Source of the DNA: Clostridiales bacterium
Lineage (GTDB): Bacteria > Bacillota > Dehalobacteriia > UBA7702
Direction: 5' to 3'
Length of the DNA stretch: 64,000 nucleotides
Assembly (NCBI GenBank): GCA_036644995.1
Contig: JAVXOZ010000009.1
Coordinates: 3,121-67,120, forward strand
The notes beneath the pieces are model-generated. The model had not been told where the DNA came from and did no database searches. It worked only from the letters and a program-made list of their open reading frames with translations. The position numbers and the translations under genes were made by a program. Positions 46,160 through 55,721 of the stretch are shown here, piece after piece (within the stretch, counting starts at the first letter, position 1; each line of letters starts with the position of its first letter).

Positions 46160-47021
46160 GCTGGCTTTAACCCAAACCAAAATGGTGGCTAAAGCATTGG
46201 AAACAGCAAACCCCGGATTAGAAACAGAAATTATAATAATTAAAACCAAAGGCGACATAATTTTAGATAAACCCTTAAACGAAATTGGTGATAAGGGACT
46301 TTTTGTAAAAGAAATCGAAGAAGCACTGTTGGATAAAACCATAGATTTAGCCGTACACAGCTTAAAGGATATGCCCGGGGAACAACCACAGGGGTTGGAT
46401 ATGACATTCACACCACAGCGTGAAGACCCCAGAGATATAATGATTACTTTTAACGGCGAAAAATCCTTAGCTGAAATGCCAAAAAACAGCAAAGTTGCCA
46501 CAGGCAGTTTAAGAAGAATAATGCAGTTAAAAGCCTTAAGACCAGATATCACAGCCATGGGTATTCGTGGTAATGTGGAAACCAGAATACAAAAAAGCAA
46601 AGATTTGGGCTACCAAGGCATTATCTTAGCAGCGGCAGGACTTAATAGATTAGGTTTAGAATACAACGGATTTCCATTAGAAGTTAAGGAGATGCTCCCT
46701 GCTCCTGCCCAAGGCATTTTAGGCTTGGAAAACCGCATTGATGATGAAGAAACAAAAAAACTTATAGCCCCACTTCATCATGAGGACAGTGCCAGACAAT
46801 CCAAAGGCGAACGTGCTTTTTTGCAATATATTGAAGGTGGCTGTCATGCTCCCATGGGAGCATATTGCGAAATAAAAGGTGAAAACTTTACCCTAACGGG
46901 ATTTTATAAAACCGAAAAACATTATTATGAAGAAATTATCAGTGGTGTAAAAGGTGAAGAATATCAAAAAGGTAAAGAAATCGCTTTAAAACTAAAGGAG
47001 AAAATTCAAAATGAACGGTAA
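46128..47021 (+). CDS. hemC: porphobilinogen deaminase (hydroxymethylbilane synthase)
   Basis: 297 aa; 'LRIGSRGSKLAL', dipyrromethane cofactor Cys 'GGCHAPMGAY'. Confidence 0.9.
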   Translation: MKLRIGSRGSKLALTQTKMVAKALETANPGLETEIIIIKTKGDIILDKPLNEIGDKGLFVKEIEEALLDKTIDLAVHSLKDMPGEQPQGLDMTFTPQREDPRDIMITFNGEKSLAEMPKNSKVATGSLRRIMQLKALRPDITAMGIRGNVETRIQKSKDLGYQGIILAAAGLNRLGLEYNGFPLEVKEMLPAPAQGILGLENRIDDEETKKLIAPLHHEDSARQSKGERAFLQYIEGGCHAPMGAYCEIKGENFTLTGFYKTEKHYYEEIISGVKGEEYQKGKEIALKLKEKIQNER

Positions 47022-48507
47022 AGTATATTTAATCGGTGCAGGCCCCGGAGATTACGGATTGATAACTTTAAAGGGTATGCAGCTTATCGAAACTGCGGAT
47101 GTACTGGTTTACGACAAACTTATTAATAAAAACCTCATCTATGCCTCCCCCTCTCATTGTGAAAAAATATATGTGGGGAAACAAGCAGCCAATCATGCTA
47201 TGCCCCAAGATCAAATTAACGAGGTACTCTACCAAAAGGCAAAAGAAGGCAAAACCGTGGTGCGTTTAAAAGGCGGCGACCCTTATGTATTTGGCAGAGG
47301 CGGCGAAGAAGGCATTTACTTGGTAGAGCGTAATATTCCCATAGAAGTAGTGCCGGGTATCACCTCAAGCATTGCAGGACCGTGCTATGCAGGTATTCCC
47401 GTTACTCACAGAGATTGGGCATCTTCCTTTCACGTATTTACAGGCAACTTTAAAGATGAAATCCGTGGTTTAAATTTTGCAAATTTAGCGGAATTAGAAG
47501 GCACACTGCTTTTCCTCATGGGATTTGGCAATTTAAACTATATAACCCAAGGCTTAATTAAAGCCGGAAAAAACAAAGATACCCCGGTTGCGGTAATCAG
47601 CAAAGCCACCACCCCCCAACAACATACAGTAACAGGCACTTTAGAAACCATTGAACAAATCTGCAAAGATGAAAAAATGGTTCCTCCTGCCATTACTCTC
47701 GTAGGGGATGTGGTAAAATGCAGAGAATATTTAAACTTTTTTGAAAGCAAAAAACAAAAGGGCACTTTAATTTTAAGGGATATTCGCCAAAGTGATGTAT
47801 TTGCCAAAAAGTTGATGCAAAGCGGTTTTGAACCCATTGTTTGCCCTGTTATCGAAATAGAAAAACGTGAGGCATCTACAGAGCTTCACTCTGCGTTAAA
47901 AGACATAGCTTCCTACACATGGTTGATTTTCACCTCACCCAATGGTGTTAAAGCGTTCTTTGAATTATTCCGTGATAACGGCAACGATTTTAGAGAATTG
48001 GGACACATTAAATTTGCTACCATTGGCAAAGCCACCGCCGAAGTTTTGGCAAAAACAGGCTTTAAGGCAGATTACACACCCAAAAAACAAATCAGCAACG
48101 CTTTAGCCGATGGCTTAACCGAGATTTTAAATGCCAATGATAAAGTGTTGATGCCTCGCAGTGCCATCGCCAATAACGACATAATGGATATCATTTCCAA
48201 AAAATGCAGCATTGATGATATTAAAATATATGATACTCATATCAAAACCGAAAATGAAGAACAATTAAGAACACTTTTAACCACAGGTGAGGTAAATTTC
48301 ATCCCCTTTACCAGTGCATCCACAGTTGATGGTTTTGTACAGGCTTTAAATAACGATTTAACCTGTTTAAAAGATGTTAAAACCGTAGCAATAGGGCCTA
48401 TCACCAAAAAACGGATGTTAGAACTGGGCATTACACCTGATTTAGAAGCCACTGACCATAGTTTAGAAGGAATTATCTCGGTTTTAGGAGGCAATAAAAA
48501 TGATTGA
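47011..48507 (+). CDS. cobA-hemD: uroporphyrinogen-III C-methyltransferase / uroporphyrinogen-III synthase fusion
   Basis: 498 aa; N-terminal SUMT 'LIGAGPGD', 'VRLKGGDPYVFGRGGEE'; C-terminal HemD fold. Confidence 0.85.
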   Translation: MNGKVYLIGAGPGDYGLITLKGMQLIETADVLVYDKLINKNLIYASPSHCEKIYVGKQAANHAMPQDQINEVLYQKAKEGKTVVRLKGGDPYVFGRGGEEGIYLVERNIPIEVVPGITSSIAGPCYAGIPVTHRDWASSFHVFTGNFKDEIRGLNFANLAELEGTLLFLMGFGNLNYITQGLIKAGKNKDTPVAVISKATTPQQHTVTGTLETIEQICKDEKMVPPAITLVGDVVKCREYLNFFESKKQKGTLILRDIRQSDVFAKKLMQSGFEPIVCPVIEIEKREASTELHSALKDIASYTWLIFTSPNGVKAFFELFRDNGNDFRELGHIKFATIGKATAEVLAKTGFKADYTPKKQISNALADGLTEILNANDKVLMPRSAIANNDIMDIISKKCSIDDIKIYDTHIKTENEEQLRTLLTTGEVNFIPFTSASTVDGFVQALNNDLTCLKDVKTVAIGPITKKRMLELGITPDLEATDHSLEGIISVLGGNKND

Positions 48508-49471
48508 CAGACCAAGACGTTTAAGAATAAATGAAGATATGCGTTCATTGGTTCGGGAAACACGTTTAAGTACCAAAGAACTAATATATCCCATTTTCAT
48601 CAAAGAAGGCAAAGGCATTAAAGAAGAAATCAATGCCATGCCGGGGCAATATCGCTATTCCGTGGATATGCTGGGTGCAGAAATGAAAGCCATTAAAGAT
48701 TCCGGGGTAAACCATGTTATACTCTTTGGGATTCCCCATGATGGCGATTGCGACGCTGTTGGCTCCGCTGCCCACGATAGCAATGGCATTGTCCAACGTG
48801 CCATCAAAGAAATTAAAGACAAAAGCGATATTTTTGTAACCACAGATGTTTGCCTGTGCGAATATACAGACCACGGTCACTGTGGGCTTTTAGATCCCAA
48901 CGGCTATGTAAATAACGATAAAACTTTGGATGTTTTAGCTAAAACCGCTTTAAGCCATGTGGAAGCAGGAGCAGATATGGTTGCCCCTTCAGACATGATG
49001 GACGGCAGAGTTGGCGCCATCCGAGAAATATTAGATGAAAACAATTTTGTTAATACACCCATAATGGCATATTCCGCCAAATACGCTTCGGCTTTTTACG
49101 GCCCTTTTCGTGATGCTGCCAATTCCGCACCGGGCAAAGGCAACAGAAAATCCTACCAAATGGATTTTCACAATGTCCGTGAAGCCGAACATGAAGCCCA
49201 ATTAGACCTACAAGAAGGTGCAGACATCATCATGGTAAAACCTGCTTTGGCTTATTTGGATGTTATCGCCAAAATTCGTCCCCAAATTAAAAAACCCATG
49301 GCTGCTTATTGCGTCAGCGGTGAATATACCATGCTGAAATTAGCTGTGGATAAAGGCCTTATGAGTGAGGAAGTTATCTACGAAAGCCATATCGCCATTA
49401 AAAGAGCAGGGGCAGATGTGATACTCACCTATTTTGCCAAAGACATCGGCAAGTTCTTACAGGAGGTTTAA
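48500..49471 (+). CDS. hemB: porphobilinogen synthase (delta-aminolevulinic acid dehydratase), Zn-type
   Basis: 323 aa; 'DVCLCEYTDHGHCG' cysteine-rich zinc site; active-site Lys context 'IMVKPA'. Confidence 0.9.
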   Translation: MIDRPRRLRINEDMRSLVRETRLSTKELIYPIFIKEGKGIKEEINAMPGQYRYSVDMLGAEMKAIKDSGVNHVILFGIPHDGDCDAVGSAAHDSNGIVQRAIKEIKDKSDIFVTTDVCLCEYTDHGHCGLLDPNGYVNNDKTLDVLAKTALSHVEAGADMVAPSDMMDGRVGAIREILDENNFVNTPIMAYSAKYASAFYGPFRDAANSAPGKGNRKSYQMDFHNVREAEHEAQLDLQEGADIIMVKPALAYLDVIAKIRPQIKKPMAAYCVSGEYTMLKLAVDKGLMSEEVIYESHIAIKRAGADVILTYFAKDIGKFLQEV

Positions 49472-49472
49472 A

Positions 49473-50765
49473 GTGTATAAAAATAACAATAAAAAAGAAA
49501 TCTTAGAATTAAGCAGAAAAATCATGCCCGGCGGTGTAAATAGTCCTGTACGTGCTTTTCAATCCGTAAATTGCGAACCTGTGATTGTGGAATCCGCCAA
49601 AGGTGCCTACATCAAAGATATCGACGGCACAGAATATATAGATTATGTTTGTTCCTACGGACCTTTGATTTTTGGACATTCGCCTGAATTTTTACTGGAT
49701 GAAATCAAGGCAGCAGTGGTTAATGGCACCACCTACGGCTTTACCACCCCACACGAAGTGGAGCTGGCTGAAATGGTGATAGATTCCTACCCTGCCTGTG
49801 AAATGGTACGTATGGTAAATTCAGGCACCGAGGCAACCATGAGTGCAATCCGTGTTGCCCGTGGCTACACAAAACGTGATAAAATCTTAAAATTTGAAGG
49901 CTGTTACCATGGACACAGTGATAGCTTGCTGGTAAAAAGCGGCAGTGGTTTATTAACCCAAGGTGTGCCCACCAGCCCGGGTTTGGTTCAAGCTTTAACG
50001 GATAAAACCTTGGTATGCCCCTACAACGATGAAGAAGCCTTAGAGCAAATTATCGCAGCCAATAAACATGAAATAGCCTGTGTAATCATTGAACCTGTGG
50101 CAGGGAATATGGGTGTTTTACCCCCCAAAGAAGGCTATTTAAAAAAAGTGCGTGAACTTTGCACCAAAGATGATATCATCTTGATTTTTGATGAAGTTAT
50201 CACCGGTTTTCGTTTGGATTACCATTCCGCAGCAGGTGTTTATGGCGTGGAACCCGACATGGTTTGTTTCGGCAAAATCATTGGTGGCGGCTTGCCCATC
50301 GGCGCTTACGGCGGCAAATTGGATATAATGAAAATGGTATCCCCCATCGGTCCTGTATATCAAGGTGGTACACTTTCCGGGAATCCCTTGGCTGTACGTG
50401 CAGGCATCGCCAATTTAACCAGATTAAAAAGCGATCCTAAAATTTATGAAACATTAAATAATGCTGCCACCTACCTCAATAAAGGCATGACGGCAATTTT
50501 TGAAAAATATAATATTCCCGCTGTTACATCCCAGAAAAACGGTATGTTTTGCGTATTCTTCACCGATAAAAAAGTTGAATGCTTTGAAGATGTAATGAGC
50601 TGCGACTTAAACCTCTATAAAAAATTCTTTGAAGGCATGATGCAAGAAGGAATCCTTTTAGCTCCTGCACAATTTGAAGGCTGGTTCCCCTCTACTGCCC
50701 ACACCAAAGATATTTTGGATAAAACCTTGGCAGCAGCAGATAAAGTTTTAAAAAATATTAATTAA
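49473..50765 (+). CDS. hemL: glutamate-1-semialdehyde 2,1-aminomutase
   Basis: GTG start 49473 six nt after AGGAGG; 'IMPGGVNSPVRAF'; PLP-lysine 'CFGKIIGGGLP'. Confidence 0.85.
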   Translation: MYKNNNKKEILELSRKIMPGGVNSPVRAFQSVNCEPVIVESAKGAYIKDIDGTEYIDYVCSYGPLIFGHSPEFLLDEIKAAVVNGTTYGFTTPHEVELAEMVIDSYPACEMVRMVNSGTEATMSAIRVARGYTKRDKILKFEGCYHGHSDSLLVKSGSGLLTQGVPTSPGLVQALTDKTLVCPYNDEEALEQIIAANKHEIACVIIEPVAGNMGVLPPKEGYLKKVRELCTKDDIILIFDEVITGFRLDYHSAAGVYGVEPDMVCFGKIIGGGLPIGAYGGKLDIMKMVSPIGPVYQGGTLSGNPLAVRAGIANLTRLKSDPKIYETLNNAATYLNKGMTAIFEKYNIPAVTSQKNGMFCVFFTDKKVECFEDVMSCDLNLYKKFFEGMMQEGILLAPAQFEGWFPSTAHTKDILDKTLAAADKVLKNIN

Positions 50766-50775
50766 GGAGTGTAAT

Positions 50776-51471
50776 ATGAAAGGTAAATTTTATGGCATTG
50801 GGGTGGGACCCGGAGATCCCGAACTTTTGACCATTAAGGGAAAGCGTATATTGGAAGAATGCGACCTTATCGCTACCCCAAAAACCAAAGGCGATAAAGA
50901 TAGTACCGCCCTTAATATAGTTTCTTCATATACAAATGGCAAAGAAGTCCTTGAGCTGGTGCTCCCCATGACCAAAGATGAAAAAGTTTTGCAGCAATCA
51001 TGGGCAGATGGCGCTAAAAAAATAATGGAGCTTTTGGATGAAGGCAAAAATATAGCCTTTATCACCTTGGGAGATCCCTCTTTATTCAGCACTTTTATGT
51101 ATGTATTTCGCCCCATTAAAGAAGCAGGCTATGAATGGGAAGTGGTTCCCGGCATCAATGCTCCCAGTGCCACCGCAGCTAAATTAGGCACAGGTCTTTC
51201 GGATTGGAAAGAAAGCTTAGTTATTATGGCAGCCACCGCAGACTTAGATGCTTTAGAAGAAACCATTAAAAATCACGATAACACGGTTTTAATGAAAGGC
51301 GCCAGCAAGTGGTCGGACATTGCCATGATATTGGATAAATTGGGCTTAACAGAAAAAACAGCCGCTGTGGAACGTTGCACTATGGAAGGTGAAAGAGTAT
51401 TCACCGATATCACCAATATGCCTGAGGATTTAAGCTATTTCCTCACCGCTATTATCAGAAAGGGATTATAA
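50776..51471 (+). CDS. cbiL: cobalt-factor II C20-methyltransferase
   Basis: 231 aa; tetrapyrrole methylase 'GIGVGPGDPELLT'. Confidence 0.7.
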   Translation: MKGKFYGIGVGPGDPELLTIKGKRILEECDLIATPKTKGDKDSTALNIVSSYTNGKEVLELVLPMTKDEKVLQQSWADGAKKIMELLDEGKNIAFITLGDPSLFSTFMYVFRPIKEAGYEWEVVPGINAPSATAAKLGTGLSDWKESLVIMAATADLDALEETIKNHDNTVLMKGASKWSDIAMILDKLGLTEKTAAVERCTMEGERVFTDITNMPEDLSYFLTAIIRKGL

Positions 51472-51475
51472 GAAT

Positions 51476-52237
51476 ATGAGTAATATAGTAAAAATCGTAG
51501 GTGCAGGCGCAGGAGATCCTGAGCTTATCACCGTTAAAGGCATGAACGCTTTAAAAGAAGCAGATATTGTGATTTATGCAGGTTCTTTGGTTAACCCAGC
51601 CCTTTTGGACTATTGCAAAAAAGACTGCACCATTTATGATAGTGCAGGCATGAATTTAGATGAAGTTATTGAAGTTATTAAAGCCGAATATCCCAAGGGC
51701 AAAAACATTGTGCGTTTACACACAGGCGACCCCTCAATTTACGGTGCTATCCGTGAACAAATGGACATTTTAGATACGGAAAATATTGAATACACCGTAA
51801 TTCCCGGTGTTAGCTCTTTTTGTGCCGCTGCTGCTGCCTTAAAAAAAGAATACGTTTTGCCTGAAGTTAGCCAAACAGTTATTCTCACCCGTATGGAAGG
51901 CCGCACCCCTGTACCGGAAAGAGAAGATATCAGAAACTTGGCAAAAGTAAACGCTACCATGATTATCTTTTTAAGTGTTCACATGATAGAAGATGTTGTG
52001 GAACGCCTTTTGGAAGGTTACGATAAAGAAACACCTTGTGCTGTGGTTTACAAAGCCTCATGGCCTGAAGAAAAGAAGGTTATTGGCACCTTGGAAAATA
52101 TTGCGGAAAAAGTACACGCTGCGGATATTGGCAGAACTGCTTTGATTACCGTTGGTCGTTTCTTGGGCGATGAATACGCTCTCTCCAAATTATACGACAA
52201 AGGCTTTTCCCACGGTTACCGTGAAGCCAAAGAATAA
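51476..52237 (+). CDS. cbiF: cobalt-precorrin-4 C11-methyltransferase
   Basis: 253 aa; 'VGAGAGDPELIT', 'IYAGSLV' typical of CbiF/CobM. Confidence 0.75.
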   Translation: MSNIVKIVGAGAGDPELITVKGMNALKEADIVIYAGSLVNPALLDYCKKDCTIYDSAGMNLDEVIEVIKAEYPKGKNIVRLHTGDPSIYGAIREQMDILDTENIEYTVIPGVSSFCAAAAALKKEYVLPEVSQTVILTRMEGRTPVPEREDIRNLAKVNATMIIFLSVHMIEDVVERLLEGYDKETPCAVVYKASWPEEKKVIGTLENIAEKVHAADIGRTALITVGRFLGDEYALSKLYDKGFSHGYREAKE

Positions 52238-52310
52238 TTAATATCTTAGGTTCTTTTTCAATGATTGTATTTTTCTAAAAATGAAATATATTTCAGTGAT
52301 AATCGAGATG

Positions 52311-52336
52311 TGGCAGTTGTATTTTACAACTGCCAT
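52311..52336 (+). repeat. 26-bp palindrome (tggcagttgtattttacaactgccat), first of three near-identical hairpins bracketing repeat copies 4 and 5
   Basis: perfect 11-bp stem; same sequence family recurs at 52499-52524 and 52687-52712. Confidence 0.8.
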
Positions 52337-52498
52337 CAGATTGTCAAAAAACATAGTTTTTTGGCAAGATGTCAGGCTGTTAAGAAAGACTTAGATTCGG
52401 TAAAACTCCCTGAACAGCGGCTGTGCAGTGTACTTAGATGTACATAAGCAGTCGATGAGAAGGGATTTTACCGAATATCAGACTTTATCCACAGCCTG
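52337..52498 (+). repeat. copy 4 of ~162-bp foldback repeat
   Basis: identity to other copies; internal helix ttcggtaaaa/ttttaccgaa perfect. Confidence 0.85.
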
Positions 52499-52524
52499 GG
52501 CAGTTGCATTTATGCAGCTGCCAT
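52499..52524 (+). repeat. second hairpin (ggcagttgcatttatgcagctgccat) between tandem copies 4 and 5
   Basis: near-palindrome, diverged copy of 52311-52336. Confidence 0.75.
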
Positions 52525-52685
52525 CAGATTGTCAAAAAACATAGTTTTTTGGCAAGATGTCAGGCTGTTAAGAAAGACTTAGATTCGGTAAAACTCCCTG
52601 AACAGCGGCTGTGCAGTGTACCTAAATGTACATAAGCAGTCGATGAGAAGGGATTTTGCCGAATATCAGACTTTATCAACAGCCT
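52525..52685 (+). repeat. copy 5 of ~162-bp foldback repeat (tandem with copy 4)
   Basis: about 97% identical to copy 4. Confidence 0.85.
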
Positions 52686-52686
52686 A

Positions 52687-52722
52687 GTGGCAGTTGTATT
52701 TTGCAACTGCCACATTTTTATG
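52687..52722 (+). terminator. third hairpin (gtggcagttgtattttgcaactgccac) followed by T-run: probable terminator of the cbi-hem operon
   Basis: 11-bp stem + 'atttttat'; about 450 nt downstream of cbiF stop because of the two inserted repeat copies. Confidence 0.55.
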
Positions 52723-53112
52723 GATTTAATTCTGAAATATATGGTAAATTGTAAAATCAAATTGAACGCATAAAAAAATTGCAGCAACCACTTAATAGGT
52801 GATTGCTGCAATTTTATGTAATTTTACCGTTAATAAAAACTCCTGTTATATGTAATTTTACCGCTAATAAGGCATTTGTTAATTGAAAAATTCAAAACAA
52901 ACTGCACAGAAACATATTGAAGTCATTGCATTAAACAAAAGCAATACCTTCAATATGTTTATAGATATAATAAAATTTTCCTACCCATATCACAAACTTA
53001 AAATAAGCTTGGGTAACTTATAATAACAGGTTAACCCACCTTAAACGTTTAGGGTAGGTATATAGACCCACTGCCAAAACTTACAAGGGTTATCCGTTTT
53101 CAACCTATTAAC

Positions 53113-53553
53113 TTATTTTTCTATTTCTACATCAATTACTTCTTTAACCGCATCCGCCGCAGCGGTTTCGGCATCTGCTTTGGTTTTCTTTTTTTGCTCA
53201 AACTTTGTGGCAACTTTACTGATGGTTTCCACAATAATATCAGCTATGCCTGTGGCACTGTTATCGCCATCCAAAGGAGTATATTTAACATCCATTTCGG
53301 AAACGGAGATAAAACCCAAGGGCTGCAAGGATATACCGCCGCCGGTACCGCCCCCAAAGGGCACTTTATCCGTATCAGCTTTTTGGTTATATTCCCCACC
53401 GCCACAGCCAAAACCGCAGCTCAATTTGGTTACAGGGATAATAGAAACACCATTGGGTAAATTAATAGGTTCCCCAATAACAGTATTGGCATCCACCATT
53501 TTTTTCAGATTTTCCAACACACTGGTCATTAAAGATTCTATGGGATGTGGCAT
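53113..53553 (-). CDS. ytfJ: sporulation protein YtfJ (GerW family)
   Basis: 146 aa; 'VIGEPINL...IIPVTKLSCGFGCGGGE' hallmark of YtfJ/GerW. Confidence 0.8.
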   Translation of the reverse strand: MPHPIESLMTSVLENLKKMVDANTVIGEPINLPNGVSIIPVTKLSCGFGCGGGEYNQKADTDKVPFGGGTGGGISLQPLGFISVSEMDVKYTPLDGDNSATGIADIIVETISKVATKFEQKKKTKADAETAAADAVKEVIDVEIEK

Positions 53554-53555
53554 AT

Positions 53556-54167
53556 TTATTTCCTCCTTTTAATTTCAATAACTTGTTTTATTACTTTCAA
53601 TAGTATACCACCAAAGGCATGTAAAATATCAAAAATACAAATTGTAGCTTTAAAATTAAGCAAAATAGCATCTTTTAAGGCTTCCCAATCGGGAAAAACC
53701 CTCACTCGCCAGCGGCTTTTTTGCATATCTCCTAAAACAATGGGCAAAAATGTATATATAGGTCCTGCAACATATCCCATCATTGCCGGGTCTGCCAAAG
53801 AATAAGTAAAATTTAAGCGTATACGCAAACCCTTTACGCCTTCATTGACAGGTTTAATAATTTCCAAGGCCTTTAAAACAGTATCACCGTTAAATTTTAT
53901 TTTTTTATTTTTTACTTCAATTTCTTCTGTTTCAGTTTTTCCCTTTTTTTGTTTTTTTGTCTTTTCTTTTTTTTCCTTGGTCTTTTTTTCTTTGGGATTG
54001 GCAGAATCCCACAGTGTAATTTTAAGCCACTTTAAACCGCATAAAGGGTGTAAAGTTACCACTCCCAGCCAATCATCTTCAGAATAAGACAAATCGCCCC
54101 TAAAAACCAAGGGGTAAAATAGTAGAAAGAGAATAATTGCTAAAACGATGAAAGGCCACCATATCAT
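53556..54167 (-). CDS. ytfI: YtfI-like membrane protein (DUF2953)
   Basis: 203 aa; N-terminal TM; K/E-rich segment; conserved ytfI-ytfJ gene pair. Confidence 0.6.
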   Translation of the reverse strand: MIWWPFIVLAIILFLLFYPLVFRGDLSYSEDDWLGVVTLHPLCGLKWLKITLWDSANPKEKKTKEKKEKTKKQKKGKTETEEIEVKNKKIKFNGDTVLKALEIIKPVNEGVKGLRIRLNFTYSLADPAMMGYVAGPIYTFLPIVLGDMQKSRWRVRVFPDWEALKDAILLNFKATICIFDILHAFGGILLKVIKQVIEIKRRK

Positions 54168-54169
54168 AG

Positions 54170-54898
54170 CTACACCTCATTTATGGTTTCTTCCTCATCT
54201 TTATTGAGATTTTCCTCCACCTCATCTAATTTATTGAGATTTTCCTCCACCTGCTCCCCGTCCACATGGGGAAACAAAGATATATCATCTTTTTTGTTGT
54301 CAATTTCTGTGCTTTTTTCGGCATTATATAAATCAACAGAATCTTTATCCCTGTCCAATTCTATCACGGGTAAATCCTCCAAAGATTTTAAACCCAAAAG
54401 TTCCAAAAATTTACTGTTGGTTCCATAAAGAATGGGTTTTCCCGGGGTTTCTTTTCTGCCAACTTCATCTACGAAGCCCTTTTCCAAAAGTCCCGATACA
54501 ATGCCATCGGCATTTACCCCACGAATTTCTTCAATTTCCCCACGGGTAATGGGCTGACAATAGGCAATAATAGCCAAGGTTTCCAAGGCTGCATTGCTTA
54601 ATCTTTGTAGTTTTGGCTTATACAACCGCTCCACATAGGGATAATATTGAGGTTTTGTCATAAATTGCCAACCTCCGGCAATCTCCGTTAAGAAAAAACC
54701 TTTGTTTTTATATTCATCTTCCAAAGCCCATAAAATTTCTAAAACAGCTTCTTCTTTTATTTCGGTATATTCTGCTAATTCTCCAACGGTTAGGGGTTCT
54801 CCTGCCACAAAAATCAAGGCTTCCACGGCTTTTTTTATTTCTTCGGAAAATAAGGGTTCCAACACACACACTCCCAACGCAGTTTTATCAAAATCCAA
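54170..54898 (-). CDS. scpB: segregation and condensation protein B
   Basis: tandem winged-helix ScpB domains 'ALIFVAGEPLTVGEL...' ; ends with TAG stop; C-terminal acidic tail contains a 27-bp tandem DNA repeat. Confidence 0.85.
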   Translation of the reverse strand: MDFDKTALGVCVLEPLFSEEIKKAVEALIFVAGEPLTVGELAEYTEIKEEAVLEILWALEDEYKNKGFFLTEIAGGWQFMTKPQYYPYVERLYKPKLQRLSNAALETLAIIAYCQPITRGEIEEIRGVNADGIVSGLLEKGFVDEVGRKETPGKPILYGTNSKFLELLGLKSLEDLPVIELDRDKDSVDLYNAEKSTEIDNKKDDISLFPHVDGEQVEENLNKLDEVEENLNKDEEETINEV

Positions 54899-54914
54899 TA
54901 AGCCTATTGGTTAA

Positions 54915-55721
54915 TTATAGTTCCATATCAGTTTTTGCATTATTAACCTCATCCTCGGTGCTCATAGCCTTAACTCGGGCATAGGGGAATAATAATATTT
55001 CACCACAATTCACTTTTTGCAGCACTCGCACACGTTTCCTGCGAATCATCTCCAAAAGAGCAAGAAAAACTATTATTACTCTTAATTTAGAATCGCTACC
55101 CTTATATAATTCAATAAAAGGATACCCCTGAGGGTGGGATAATATACGGCTTTCAATAAGACGCATTTGGTCATCAATGGTAATATTTTCACGAGAAACA
55201 GTGTGAAAAATCTCCTTATTCCTCATTTTTACAATTACATTATCCATAGCTTTATTTAGTCTATCCAAAGAAACGTTTTTAAATACCGCATCTTGGGGTA
55301 AAAAGGAAACATACATGGATTCATCATTGGGTCGGGTAATTTTTACCTCTTGATCCTCCATCATATGGCTGAAAGTTTCCGCCAATTCTTTATATTTTTT
55401 ATACTCCAAAATCTGTTTTACCAAATCGCCACGGGGATCATCTTCTTCACCATAATAACCTTCAGGAAATTCACCTGCATCGTCATTACGTTTTACAGGT
55501 AAAAGCATTTTGGTTTTAATGGCAACCAAAGTAGCCGCCAAAACCAAAAATTCGCTGGCAATATCCAAATCCAAAGCACTCATGGCATCTATATATTCAA
55601 TATATTGGTTAGTAATCTCCCCAATGGGAATATCGTAAATATCCACTTGATTTTCATCTAAAAGATGGCAAAGCAAATCAAAAGGACCTTCAAAAATATC
55701 TAATTGGATAATATAGGACAT
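54915..55721 (-). CDS. scpA: segregation and condensation protein A (kleisin)
   Basis: 268 aa; ScpA family; directly upstream of scpB. Confidence 0.85.
   Translation of the reverse strand: MSYIIQLDIFEGPFDLLCHLLDENQVDIYDIPIGEITNQYIEYIDAMSALDLDIASEFLVLAATLVAIKTKMLLPVKRNDDAGEFPEGYYGEEDDPRGDLVKQILEYKKYKELAETFSHMMEDQEVKITRPNDESMYVSFLPQDAVFKNVSLDRLNKAMDNVIVKMRNKEIFHTVSRENITIDDQMRLIESRILSHPQGYPFIELYKGSDSKLRVIIVFLALLEMIRRKRVRVLQKVNCGEILLFPYARVKAMSTEDEVNNAKTDMEL

Noticed and set aside
52311-52713. CRISPR-array interpretation of the hairpin/162-bp alternation
   Set aside because: The long units (161-162 bp) are near-identical to each other and the short palindromes are also near-identical. There is no variable spacer population, no leader and no cas genes. 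It is better explained as tandem insertion with target duplication.
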